A DNA stretch of 64,000 nucleotides from the human T2T-CHM13v2.0 reference genome, Homo sapiens, in NCBI RefSeq assembly GCF_009914755.1, contig NC_060929.1. One strand, 5' to 3'. Below, piece by piece: positions 52,423 through 64,000 of this stretch. Within the stretch, counting starts at the first letter, position 1; each line of letters opens with the position of its first letter. The notes beneath the pieces are model-generated. The model ran no database searches. It had not been told where the DNA came from and saw only the letters and a program-made list of their open reading frames with translations. A program made the position numbers and the translations under genes.

Positions 52423-52995
52423 TGTATTAGTTATCTATTGCTGTTTAACAAATTAACCCCAAATGTAATGGCTTAAAACAACATTTTACTATTTTACAGT
52501 TTCTGTGGGTCAAGAACCTGGGTGCAAAGTACCAGGGTCCTCCTTCTCAGGGTCTTTCACAATACTGTAATCAGGCATCAGTGTAGGTGTCAGATGCAAC
52601 GTCATCTGGAAAGTCTACTGGGGAATGGTTCTTTTCCTAGCCCACTCATGTGATTGTTGGCAGGTCAGTTGCTTCCATGCTTTTGGAAAGAATTCCTCAG
52701 TTTCATGCTGACTTTGGTTGAAAGTCACCCTCAGTTTTTTGCCACATAGGCTACTTCATGGAGCCACTCTTAATATGACAAAGCAAATAAGACAAATCAG
52801 AGAGAGAATGCATAAGATGGAGTTTATAGTCTTAAAATCTAACCTCAGAAGTGACATTCCATTATTTTTTTCCATTCTATTTGTTATAAGCAAGTTACCA
52901 GCTCTAGTTCACAAGCAAGGGGAGAAGATTACACAAGAGAGTAAATACCAAGAGGTAGAGATCATCAGAGGCCATTTTAGAAGCAGCCTACCATA
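52423..52995 (-). mobile_element. MLT1F-like LTR
   Basis: tgtattagttatctattgctg...gcttaaaacaaca...cagtttctgtgggtcaagaa...gccattttagaagcagcctacca. Confidence 0.85.
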
Positions 52996-53249
52996 GAGGG
53001 TAAGCTTTAAAATGCACAGCAAACATGAACTGGGAGACACAATAAAGTAATGATTTGGAAGCTGCCCATTCAAAAGAAGTATAAATAAAAAGCATTCTGG
53101 TGTATTCCAGGAAATAAATCTGAAAATTAGAATAGGGGTGGAAAAGATTCAAACTCCTAGGAAATAATCCTGTAAAGGGGACAACAGGTTCCAGGCAAAC
53201 TAGGGATACATACCACACTGTGAGTTAATTGAATGTTTCCTTTTTTGGC

Positions 53250-53370
53250 ATTTCCTACTAGGTGATAAGCTCCAAGATGACAGGTGCTATGTTGTCATTT
53301 ACCTTTATAACCTCAATATCTTGCATAGTGCAAGAACATTTTAGGTGCTCAATAAATATTACATGAAGGA
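53250..53370 (+). mobile_element. L2 3' end
   Basis: ctaggtgataagctccaaga...taggtgctcaataaatatt. Confidence 0.7.
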
Positions 53371-53624
53371 CAAAGGACTTTGACTTCTTAATCTTGTTTT
53401 AAAAGGCTTTATCTAAGCAGGACTGGGCCGTAATTTCCCATAGAAGATCAGCCATTAGATGCCACTGACTTTCAGTTTCATAATATTTATTTGTAACAAT
53501 GATGATAGTTTGGGAGAAATGAATTATGTTTGAAATCCTGTTTGCATATAATTATGAGAGACATCATATTCCCAGTCTTTTAAGTGACACATAGTTAGAA
53601 TTTGGACAGAGAGAAAAGAAAGTA

Positions 53625-53930
53625 GGAGTAATATAGCTATAATTCATAGGATCTATCTTCTCTATTTTTAAGAAGTTTACGAAGTGTAAAGTCTTGACAC
53701 ATAATGGAAACTAAAAATGGAAATTACAGAAAATTTGTAACAAGTATCAAATAAATTATTGCAACTTAAAAGATACTAGCATTTGAAGGAGACAAAAGTT
53801 ACTAGTATAGGGACAATCAGGAGAATCTCATAGATGACATGGGAATTCCCGGGATGAGATTGTGAAAAGAGAGGAAGGACTAGGTTTTCTGGGTACACAA
53901 GAATATGGGTGAATGTTCAGGGAAGAGCTG
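53625..53930 (-). mobile_element. L2 fragment
   Basis: aatcaggagaatctcataga; purine-rich antisense L2 pattern. Confidence 0.4.
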
Positions 53931-54024
53931 AGGAGAAGCACAAGGCCAAAGAAATGACTGCTGCTTTTCTTCTGACCAGTGTCATGACTCACATGTGGCT
54001 TGTTGGCAATTTTTAGAACTTAAA

Positions 54025-54170
54025 ATAAGAAGGAAGTATAGTTTAAGAATGACTTTGCCTCCTTGCTTTTAGCTTTTATTAATCTTCCTGGGTCATACTC
54101 TCTTCATTTATAAAACTGGGAATCATGATAATCTAACCTCATGGGATTCACGTGAGGATGAACTAATACC
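54025..54170 (+). mobile_element. MIR SINE
   Basis: cttcatttataaaactgggaatcatgataatctaacctcatgggatt...gtgaggat. Confidence 0.7.
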
Positions 54171-54520
54171 TGTGTCAATGGTAGACAGTCAGTTGGCTTG
54201 TTCACTCAACAGCCATTCCTAATGCTCTTTTCCCTTTGATTTTTTCTACCATTCAGGCTGGAGGTACACATTTTCTATTGTCCTAGCCTTTCAGCCAGAG
54301 GACCCCCTTTCTGAACCTGAGATTTCAGAAAGTCATCTTGGAAGGGCTTCACATTTCACAATTAAAAGGCAAAACTTTCTGAAACCTCTAGGATCTCTCC
54401 AAAATTTTAGCAAAGGCTTCTAAGCACAAAGATGTTAGGTGGTAGTTTGTAGGCATAGAAATAACAGAAAACAGATGATATCAGCACTGGAGGATAGTGA
54501 GATGGTCCATAAACTGAACT
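54171..54520 (+). mobile_element. Very old MLT1-like LTR remnant
   Basis: cactcaacagccattcct; cctagcctttcagccagag. Confidence 0.35.
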
Positions 54521-55089
54521 GATAGAGTAGAAGCTTGGAACCAGACAATGTAAATCTCCTAGGAATTCACAAGTTCCCTGGAAGTGCATGGGATTTTCCA
54601 CAGACATCTGGTGGGGAAGGCTAATTTTAGATGGTACATAGTGACTTGCACTGTCATTGGAGTTACAGGCCTAATAAAAGGCAATTCTGCAATGCCCAAA
54701 TTGTATGGAGACAGCTATAATTTGAAACTCCATAACGTTTGTATGAGTTATACAAAGTTTCTCATATATTTAATATTATTCAGTAATAAAGCATACGTAC
54801 AAATTATTTAGTAATATCTTTCCATTTCTAATCCAAAAAGTTAGAGGATTATCTTAATTAGGATCATATAAATTATAAGAACACAGAGGAAATATAGGAA
54901 GGTTTGTGCAGACATTCTGGAAGAGACAATTTGGGGGAAAACCTACAATTACCAGATGGATATTTCAGAAAGTGGCCCAGAAATACTATATTGTGGCCAT
55001 ATTTCTTATTCCCATTGTAATCATTCTCATCTGATGCACACACATTGGTAGAATCCTTTTAAGGAATTCTTTGCTTGGCCATTTAGCAT

Positions 55090-56025
55090 TTGACAGCGTC
55101 ATCCACTCTCTACTACTTTAGTTTTCATGATACAAGTTTTTTTCTGGTCCTCTCAGTTTCTTATTCCAGTTTCCTATATGCGTCTTCTTCCTCTCTATAC
55201 TTTTTGGCAATTAGTGATTTTCAAAGCCTATCCTTGGTTTGCTCTTTTCTTTCTACTCACCCTACCTTTCTCTGTCCACTAATAACAGACATTTCTATAA
55301 CTTTATCCCATACCACCCTCCTGAGCTTTTCCTGGATGGCTCACAGGCATATCCAACTCAACAATTCCCATACATATTCCTCATTATCTTTCCTTCAAGA
55401 TCTACTTCCCCTCCTATTCTCAATTGTGGTGAATGATACTACCAATCACAGACTTCCACCCAATCACCAAATTCTCTAGCCACACCACTGCTTCTCTTTA
55501 AGCCCTTAGTATAGTTTACCTGAGGACATTTCCTTACCTGTTTCTCTGCTGCTAGTCTTATGACACTCCACCTGACCTCCATATTGTCACTAAAGTTATT
55601 TTTCTAAAATACAAAGCTGTTGATCCTGCCTCATAATAAAATCCTCTTTAACACATGTATAATAAAATAAATCTTACACAGCATTTGGGGCATTTAATGA
55701 TTGTTTCTTCCCTTGGCCCTGTACCTTGGGCTACAGCCATACCAGAGGACTTGTCCTCCCACAAATGTGCCTTTCATCAGGCTTCTAGCCCACTGAAATG
55801 CCTTTCTGCCTAGTGACAATCTTTCTGTGAAGCCATTTTGATTCCTCACAAGTAGAAGTGGAATATATATATATTTTTTTCCATACTAGTAGACGGCATA
55901 CTCTGAAATCAGGGGCACTTGTTTGTATTTCTTTATTCTGAGCACTGGTATATTATTTTAAGTATTCAATCACAGTGTGTTAAATTAATTGATTAATTAA
56001 TTAATGCACAAATGGTGAAATGAAT
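55090..56025 (+). mobile_element. L2 LINE
   Basis: ttcctggatggctcacaggcat; aagttatttttctaaaatacaaa; ctgtgaagccattttgattcc; degenerate TGAA tail. Confidence 0.75.
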
Positions 56026-56559
56026 AAGTATTCAAACACGTGGATATTCTTTGTTACTTTGCTGATTTCCAGTTAGAAAGCTATTATCTGTTCTCTTTGC
56101 TTGCTCACAACTTGTGGCTGTCTCCTGCATGCTAATTGTTACACAAGTCATACCAGCTTTTTAAATCCATGAAACGGTCTTTATTGGCACTGACATTTTC
56201 ATCCTTCGATCCCTTACCACATTGCAGTTTCACAGAGTCCAATAGTTTCAAAGCTTGGACTGAATGGTTTTTGAACCTATATATACACAGAGCTGGTCTG
56301 TGTCCTAAATGTACAAATTTAACTCCATATTGCAGGGCACATTCCATGATTAGTTTATAAGATTCCATAATACTGAGTGCAGTCAGTACCACTTGTTTGT
56401 TTTTTCCCTTGCCCTTATTAGTCATTAGTCAAAGTTTTATGGATTCACTATGTCATATGTCTAAAAAGATTGAGACCCATTTTAATAATTTAGTATCTAA
56501 TATATATAAACTATTCTGTTTACAAATGCATTCTGATAGCTATGCCAACTTTTAAATGA

Positions 56560-56790
56560 TTGTTGTGTTCCAATCCGTGCTTTAAATCTTTACTTGTATC
56601 AACCCATTTACTTCTTATAACAAATCCATTAAGTAGATAATATTAATATCTCCAAAGAAAAGATGTGGACTGTTAGGGACAGAGAGATTCAGCAACTTGA
56701 CCAAGATCACAAGGCTGGTTCTTGGCAGAGCCTCAATTTGAACTCAGAAAACTGGACTCCAAAGCCTGTACACTTAATCACCTCTCTATT
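56560..56790 (-). mobile_element. MIR SINE
   Basis: gcaacttgaccaagatcacaaggctgg...ggcagagcc...atttgaactcag...gactccaaagcctgtacacttaa. Confidence 0.8.
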
Positions 56791-57177
56791 CTAAACAAAC
56801 ATACAAAAACTAGCTTTATTTTTCAGGGTAGTCCCCTAGGGAGTTTACACTTGTTCAAATAATGCTGCGCTTTCCCACAATATTAAATGGATTCTTCTTT
56901 TGGAATTACCTGCAGAAGTGGTTTGCTGGTCTCATGAGCATTGTAATCTGTAGACTGTGCTATACTCTAACACTCTTCTCCTTTCCCAGTCTTTCCTTCT
57001 GCTCTTCTCAGCTTCACTCTTCTCCTTTCCTTAACTCTGGTTTTTGGTCAACAGTCCATAAATGCCCCAAGAGCATGGCTGGGCTGACACTCACTAGGGC
57101 AGCGTACCTCTCTGCTGCCCTGTCTCAGCCCCAGAGGAAGTGATGAAGGGCCACCCTCGAAGTAAAGCCTAAGGATG

Positions 57178-57514
57178 TCCTATGTGTTAAATGTACATGT
57201 TCCTCTTAAATTCATGTATTAGAACTTTAAACCCCAAGGTGATAGCATTAACAGGTGGGGCTTTGGGGAAAGTTATTCAGTCACAAGAGTTCCACTCTCC
57301 TGAATAGATTAGTGCTCTTCAAGAGGCTAAAGGAAACACCCTAGTCCCCTTTGCCCTTTTCTCCCTTTCTGCCATGTGAGGATGCAGCTGACACCAAATG
57401 CTGACACCTAGATCTTGCACTTCTCTGCCTCCAGAACCATAAGAAACAAATTTATGTTCTTTATAAATTACTCAGTCTGAGATATTTTGTGACAGCAGCA
57501 GGAACAGGTAGACA
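57178..57514 (+). mobile_element. MSTC/MSTD-like MaLR solo LTR
   Basis: ttctgccatgtgaggatgcagc...gcctccagaacc...ttctttataaattactcagtct; perfect TSD GGATG (57173-57177, 57515-57519). Confidence 0.9.
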
Positions 57515-57744
57515 GGATGCTTGAGGAAGTCCTTCAGGAAACAGGCTAGAAAGCAACATTGTATACTGCTCATTCTCTTTCTGTGTGACCAATCGATCAT
57601 ATGGCAGCAATTGACTGCAAATCATTAAATTAAGTCACTTGGAATCAAGAATCTCTGTTTTGTAGAGTCTGTTAATAGTTTTGTGCTTTTACAGCAAAAG
57701 TGCACTAGTTTTCTTTTCAGGAACCTATTTCGCCTTCTTTTTTA

Positions 57745-58040
57745 ATTTCTGTATTATGGTAGTCTGACTTGCATGGGTCAGAGGTGAACATGTGACCCAG
57801 GACTGGGCTGTGAGAGTAAGGCCTGGAATTTTTGCTGTAACTATGGGGAAGATGTCTGCCTGAGATCAAAGCTAACATAGCGTCCAGAGATGGAAAGAGA
57901 AAGATAACTGATGTTACTATTTGAGCTTCTAGGTCCGTATGTACATAGGTCAATTAATTCCCCTGGATTTTCAGTGAAGTGTATTGATTTTTCAGTAAGG
58001 CAGATTAAAATAGGTTTTGTAAACCACAATATTTTTGACT
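57745..58040 (+). mobile_element. Old MLT1-like remnant
   Basis: gaacatgtgacccaggactgg; tccccctggattttcagt; aataggttttgtaaacc. Confidence 0.45.
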
Positions 58041-58234
58041 ACTAAATAATTGATATCACACAAATGTTAATCAGGTAATATTCACTCAAATTGATTAACA
58101 GCTTGGTTGGACAACCCTTAGTTAACAAATTTTTTTTCTAAGTAGCTACCAAATATATATCAAGCCTCATATAGTAATGCAACATAGAGTCATTGGTCTT
58201 CTAGTTTTCACAGGAACATTATAAAGCAAGAACA

Positions 58235-58570
58235 TCCTCATTTATTCATTCATTATAAGGAAGCTATTATGAGCTTTCCCAATGTATTTGGCAGGAGTAT
58301 ACAATAGTGGAAATAAACCTATTTTCTGGCTTAATTAAGGTCACAGACCTGTAGCAAGATGGGCATCAATTACATAAAATAAAAATGTAATCACAAAGAG
58401 AAGTGTAAAATCACAACTGTTGCAAGGATTGCCACATAATCATTGGAAGGCCTATACTAATAACAGAGGCATTTGACCTTATCAAGGAGGTTGGGAAATT
58501 TACCTTTCTTGGTAAATGATTTCAAGCTACTGCTTTTAAGGACTAAGCATGAGTTCAGTGAAGGCTACTG
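58235..58570 (-). mobile_element. L2 3' fragment
   Basis: tcatttattcattcatt tail; atttgaccttatcaaggaggttgggaa. Confidence 0.55.
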
Positions 58571-60448
58571 GGAAACCACCCACCATTCCTTTTTCTACCT
58601 GTAGAATACCAACTTAGTGCTCAGCTAACATATTTCCTCCTCCTTCTGCCCCTGGGGAAAAGCACAATGATGCCCTCTGGAAGAGCCCTAAGGAGGATCA
58701 CCTAGCATAGGCCCTGGGAGTGATTTCAGGCATATTGAGGCAGCAAATTCTCATGTCCTGAGTAGCTGAGACATTATCTAATGGGGAGGTTTCATGCCCC
58801 AGTGGCCTGCCACCTGAGCTGGCCCAATGGAAGGGGCTCAACAGAGGGGATGGTCAGAGTCAGGGTCTCCACAGCATAGGGCCCAGACTAAGAACCACAC
58901 TTGACCAAATCTAAGGACAGATGCAAGGACACTTAGATGAGTTTTGAAGATAAAGCCTGTAAGTGGAATAGAAGTACAGAGGAGGTGAGTGAGAGCATGA
59001 GAAAAAGGAACAGCATGGCTCAGCTTTTTAGCAAGAAAACACATTCTTCATCATTAGAAATCTAGCTTATACTTCAAGTTATTCCTTCATTTTTAAAAAT
59101 ATCTTACCTATGAATATAAACAATCCAAAAAATATGGCAACAAATGTCATGAAATGTAGGTGGACTAAAATTTCTGCATGATATAATTTTCATACTAAGC
59201 TATTATCTCAAAATAACTAAATCACACAATCACGTACAGAGAGAGATGTACAACAAATAAAATAGCCTCCATCCCCAAAAGCCATTTTTTTAAAGAAATG
59301 ATATATTCCATATGGCCTGCAGCTGTCTAATCACTCTGGGACTAGTTCAGCTGAGTGACAGTCATTGAATGTGTCCACAGCCTTTTTAGTGACAAGAGCA
59401 ATATACCTACACTTTTGTTGTTAGATTAGGTAGTAATCAGTGGGTGGTAATTTAGGGCCCCACATATATGGGTGCATAAGGAAGTATGGCAATAATGTTA
59501 GTTATTATTGAACTCTGAATGTTAATCATATTCAATTCATTAGCTAAATTTCAAGTTTTCAAGGGGCTTAGTTTAGTGCTGTTGCTGAACTTGAAAGAAG
59601 TTATAGCTCTAAAACATGCATAGATTTATTAAGGTGACATGTTAGACTCACAGACATATAGGTGACTTAATATGTAAAGAATACTTTAAAAAATAAATTC
59701 CAGGACACAATTTCTTCATATTATTTTCTACTTTGGCTCTGAATACTACAATAGTGGCAATTTGGCTGTAAAATGATTTGTCCCTCTAAACCAATGTTAT
59801 CAGTTATTGTAATTAAGAATAAGCATCTTTCTTTAAAAAAAAAAAAAGTGGAGACTTCACAGTCTGTAGAACACTTCTAAAATAATACCCTCAAAAAAGT
59901 CTTTTTTTCACTATACACTAGAGTTTTAACCAAATTAGGTTTTACCTAATTTTCTTTAGAAAATGTATATGTTCATCAGACTTTATCATAACATCCAGTT
60001 TAACAAATTTTGTCATTTAAATAATTTTAGTTACAAATTCCAAATTCCCCCTCTATGTAAATAGCCTCAAATTGCCTTAGAGCAGAAGCTCTCCAAATAC
60101 AGTCTCAGCCTAGAGGTGATTTACTTTTTTTTTAGGAAGAGATTTTTTTAGTTATATTAACTCTCTAATGTAAAACCCAGTGAAAAGAGAATCTGAGAAA
60201 TTCTTTTACTTCGATAAATCAAAAATGTTGAAACTTTCAAGTTTAAAATTTTCCCCAGGGCACTATAAGAAAACTGTCAGGAGATAAGTTTGAAAAGAAT
60301 GTTATAACATTTAGAAGTTATAAATAAATTAAACAACATAGGTCATGGCATAAATGAGCATTAACTATTTCTATCAGGCTTGAAATTTTCATGACCTACA
60401 TTTCTTCGTTTCGTATTATATTATGAAGTCTATATTCACTCCCAGAGC

Positions 60449-60496
60449 TTTTTTTTTTCTTTTTTTTTTTGTTTTTTTGTTTGTTTGTTTGTTTTT
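60449..60496. repeat. T-rich tract grading into (TTTG)n
   Basis: Seen directly. Confidence 0.9.
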
Positions 60497-63164
60497 GGAG
60501 TAACTAGAGCTGTGTGGGAAAGAGGTAAAGCAAAGGAAGGTTAATGAGGGTGAGAACAAAGGACCTTGGACCTGACATCTTTCATTCACTACCCACTTCA
60601 GGAAAGGGGGCTTCTCCTTCCAGGACTGACAATCAGGCACTTACATCACTCAAAAATCAAGCTACACTTGATTAAAGCAAGAATGAGACATTTCATATAT
60701 GGCAAAGGAGGCCAAACCCTTTGAGGTATAAAATGTATTTCTCTATCTGAAGATGAATAACATAGATGAGGCAGTTTTGAACTATTAATTCACCAAAAAC
60801 TGTACTAGTTTCCATCTGTTTGTATATAGCCCATTTAAGGGGTGCTTATGATCTGCAAAATTGTTCGGTGGTATTCTCCTTCAGATTAAATTCTGAATTG
60901 GCTTTTGCAAAAATTTCATATTAAGAGCCAGGTAGCACCCAAATAACTCAAATTGCCATGCGTCCTATCCTCAATGAAAACATTCCAGGCCAAGTGTGTC
61001 TTTAAGCCAGGAAAGCTATAAAAATAATGATTATTTTAATCTCTATGTACTTCCTTGGGGTGAAAAAGGGCTGGAACATTTTGGGTACATGTTTGTTGAA
61101 TGGACTATAAAATAATTATTGGATATTTTCAAGGACAGCAACTAATAAATCCTATGGAAAAGAACAAAGCAGAAGCCAAAAATATGCAAAGTATAAATGT
61201 TCAAAGTTCCAGAATGTCAACTCAGTCCAACTTCTTAAGTAAGTCATCTACTAACACTCAGTCTGTCTTCCCCTCTGTTCCTGACAACTCCCAATTTCAT
61301 ATCATTTGCAAATTCAATTAGCCTGCTCTTTACTCCCGTCACATAACCCATCTGACCTCCTCTGTCTTTCTGCTCCATTTCACCCTTCTATCCCCATAGA
61401 CGCTCCTAGTAACAGAGGAATACATTTTGTAAGTCCTATTCATCTCTACTTTCTATTTTCTTTGCTGTGCTCAAAAGACGCATGCTAAGAGGACAAATAG
61501 ATATATATGTGCATTTTGGTACCTAAATAGAAATTCTCTGGAATAGTTTTGTCCCACTTCTTATTATTACCTAATCTATGCAAAAATTGGATAAGTTTAT
61601 ACACAGATTAATAATTTTACATGCAGCATTTCTATGTGTATTTATTATTTATTATCTACAAAGGCCACATGGGGAATTTGATGTTATATGGCTGTGACAT
61701 CAAATTCATATTGTGTGTCTCAGTGTGCACAGCAAAAATAAATTTGTCTTGGACTCTAAGCTACCTGCGTGGTTATAGGCACAAATATCATTAAATAAAA
61801 AGTATTTATATGTTGGTGTTGACCTTTTAATTAAATGGAAATGGCCAGTGTCAATCATCTATTGACAGGTATTTACATAGCAAATAATTATAGGGTAAAG
61901 AGATTATTTCAGTTATAAAATCAGAGGGCAAGTCATGCAAACTTTAGAAATAGAGTCACCAAGTAATCTGTAAGAACATGTAATTGCTATGTTTTTAACT
62001 GGCATTTACCAAGAAAAACTAAAATCTTACGGTAAGTAATATTGTGAAGCGACTTGTAATTAAAGGCATTAGTATAATTTTTATTTTCTTAGTGATTAGG
62101 AGTTTGAAATCTCTAACAATATTTTCATTCTTACTCAACGTGTGAAAGAATTTTAGAGCATCTCACCATAGAACTCTTTGTACAAGTACTTTGCTCTGTT
62201 TTTACAGAGCTAGGACATTTCAAAGCTGTCTCGGGGATCATCTCAGCTCATCCTGATTTAAGCCGCGAGGGCAGCAATTCATAGCTTTCAATGCCCTAGA
62301 AATAGTATTTCTTGAAAATTCCATGTCCAGCAATAATAAAGACAGTGGTGAAACTATGAAGAATCATCTCAACACAATTTCTGACCATTTGATAATTTGA
62401 TGCATATATTTTTAAAAATATTATACCTTCATATAAAGGTGTTTGGATTTTGGCTCCAGAGATTGGACCAACTATCAGAACTCTACCCTCTTCCCTCCCT
62501 CCTTGTCTCTAGACTCACCTATAGTTACAAATCACTATTCAGTCTTCCAATTCCCTAAATTTCAACCTTTTATAATGAAGAGGGCATCAGTTAGGACTGA
62601 TTGCTAAAAATTCAAATAACACTTTTGCTGGAGTCATTTTCTCAAAAGTTACCTTTCATGTATTTACGTAATAATGTTCTTGATGTCCCACCGTTTAAGT
62701 TTAAGTGGATATGAATTCAGACTACTGTAGGTCTACAATACTGATAGTTTATGTATCACAACTGCTCCAGATTAACTCACTGCTCTGGCATTGTATCTTA
62801 TGTATATTTTGACTTACACGTTGCTGAAATTTAAGACGGAATGTTAATGGATCTGGGCATCAAATGAGATCCTTCCCAACTCTGTCAGTAAAATAAACCA
62901 GGAGATGGAGAAGATGTGAACAGTACAAATGGAAATTGAAAGGAACTCTCAAACTCAAAACATACCTTTTGAAGCTATCAGTAAGTGATTATTCAAGTGG
63001 ATGTATATATACTTGTTTTAATAATGTCACCTTTCACCTGTCATTTGGAGAAGTACAAATTCAAATAGTTTTAACTTTAGAAGAAATGATGGACAGTGAG
63101 AATTCTGTGAAGAAAACCTACTACCACCAGATTCCATAATATTGGCACTTCCACAGACTAAATC

Positions 63165-63330
63165 ATAACAACCAAAGAGATAGAACAGTGTTGAACACTC
63201 TCTATGTGCCAGGCAAATGCAGTGCTTCATGTCTTTTAACTCATTAACCCCTTTATTCAAATGGAAAAACTAAGGCATAGAGATAGAATTCTCACTTCTG
63301 GAGACTTTTATATTTATGCCAAACTTCAGC
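63165..63330 (-). mobile_element. MIR SINE
   Basis: ctatgtgccaggc...ttattcaaatggaaaaactaaggcatagaga. Confidence 0.75.
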
Positions 63331-64000
63331 ATGTTTCTGTTTCAAGCAATGCTAGCTTCAGAGGGACCAAAGTTTTTATTTCTTATTGTGTCTTTTTCTT
63401 CTTTCATTATCTTTATGAATCCAATTTTCAGAAAATAAAGTTTGATATTAATCTGGCTTCATACACTGAATAAAAGCTTAGAGAAAATATGCATTTGGCT
63501 ATATAAATATACACACACAATGCATTGTTAAAACTAAGTGCCCTTTCTTTTTTTCCATTTTCTTTGCTTAAACACTCCTCATAAAAATGGTATTTCTTGG
63601 CAAGAAAAGCCATTTTTCCTTTATGTCAGAGTCACTGTTAAGTTCACATTTGTATTTGCAAGTTCTGTTTCCAACTTTCCACTCTAGCTCTATCCCCCAC
63701 AGCAAGAAGAAAATCACGGCATTTGCATATTGTGTTTATGAAGTAGAGTAGCTGTCTTAGAGAGAAGCACTAAGGGGTTAGAAATCATGAACATACACAC
63801 TTGTTGTCGCAGAATCCTGATCCAACATATTTGTACTCTACTTTTATATATTTCTCTGCTTTCAATTAAGATGCCCTATTAAATAGCATTCAAACATGTG
63901 AAAGCAAAGACAGAGCCTGACAGAATTTCAACAGGTTCTGTGCATTCATACTGTATGTCACCTCTTAATTAGCAACCAAAATGCAATGAACAGATTGTAC

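Noticed and set aside
55090-55479. 129-aa hydrophobic ORF
   Set aside because: Lies in pyrimidine-rich L2 sequence and has a non-ATG start
59932-59952. 9-bp perfect hairpin aaattaggt-ttt-acctaattt (a similar one lies at 1078-1120)
   Set aside because: Short AT-rich inverted repeats are expected by chance in 64 kb
62260-62280. CTCF-like gccgcgagggcagc
   Set aside because: Spacing does not fit the CTCF core

Overview
AT-rich, CpG-depleted, repeat-dense primate genomic DNA (AluY, AluS, THE1 and L1PA elements point to a catarrhine, probably human), intergenic or deep intronic. I cannot support any intact protein-coding gene, RNA gene or CpG island. The ORF track is explained by transposon remnants, low-complexity DNA and chance. 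The largest structure is an ancient near-complete ERV-L class provirus (LTR16-type LTRs, ~6.3-14.3 kb) with RT, RNase H, integrase and dUTPase remnants and four nested insertions. There are also THE1, MLT and MST LTRs, L1, L2, MIR, Alu and microsatellites. The least-explained structure is at 2.0-4.3 kb: two diverged copies of a ~155-nt minus-strand exon-like block, 2080 bp apart, with a degenerate modular minisatellite between them. A THE1A 5' LTR with a perfect DUX4 motif and a near-consensus splice donor points toward several minus-strand candidate exons. Repeat subfamily names come from recalled consensus features and were not computed. Boundaries without a TSD are approximate.
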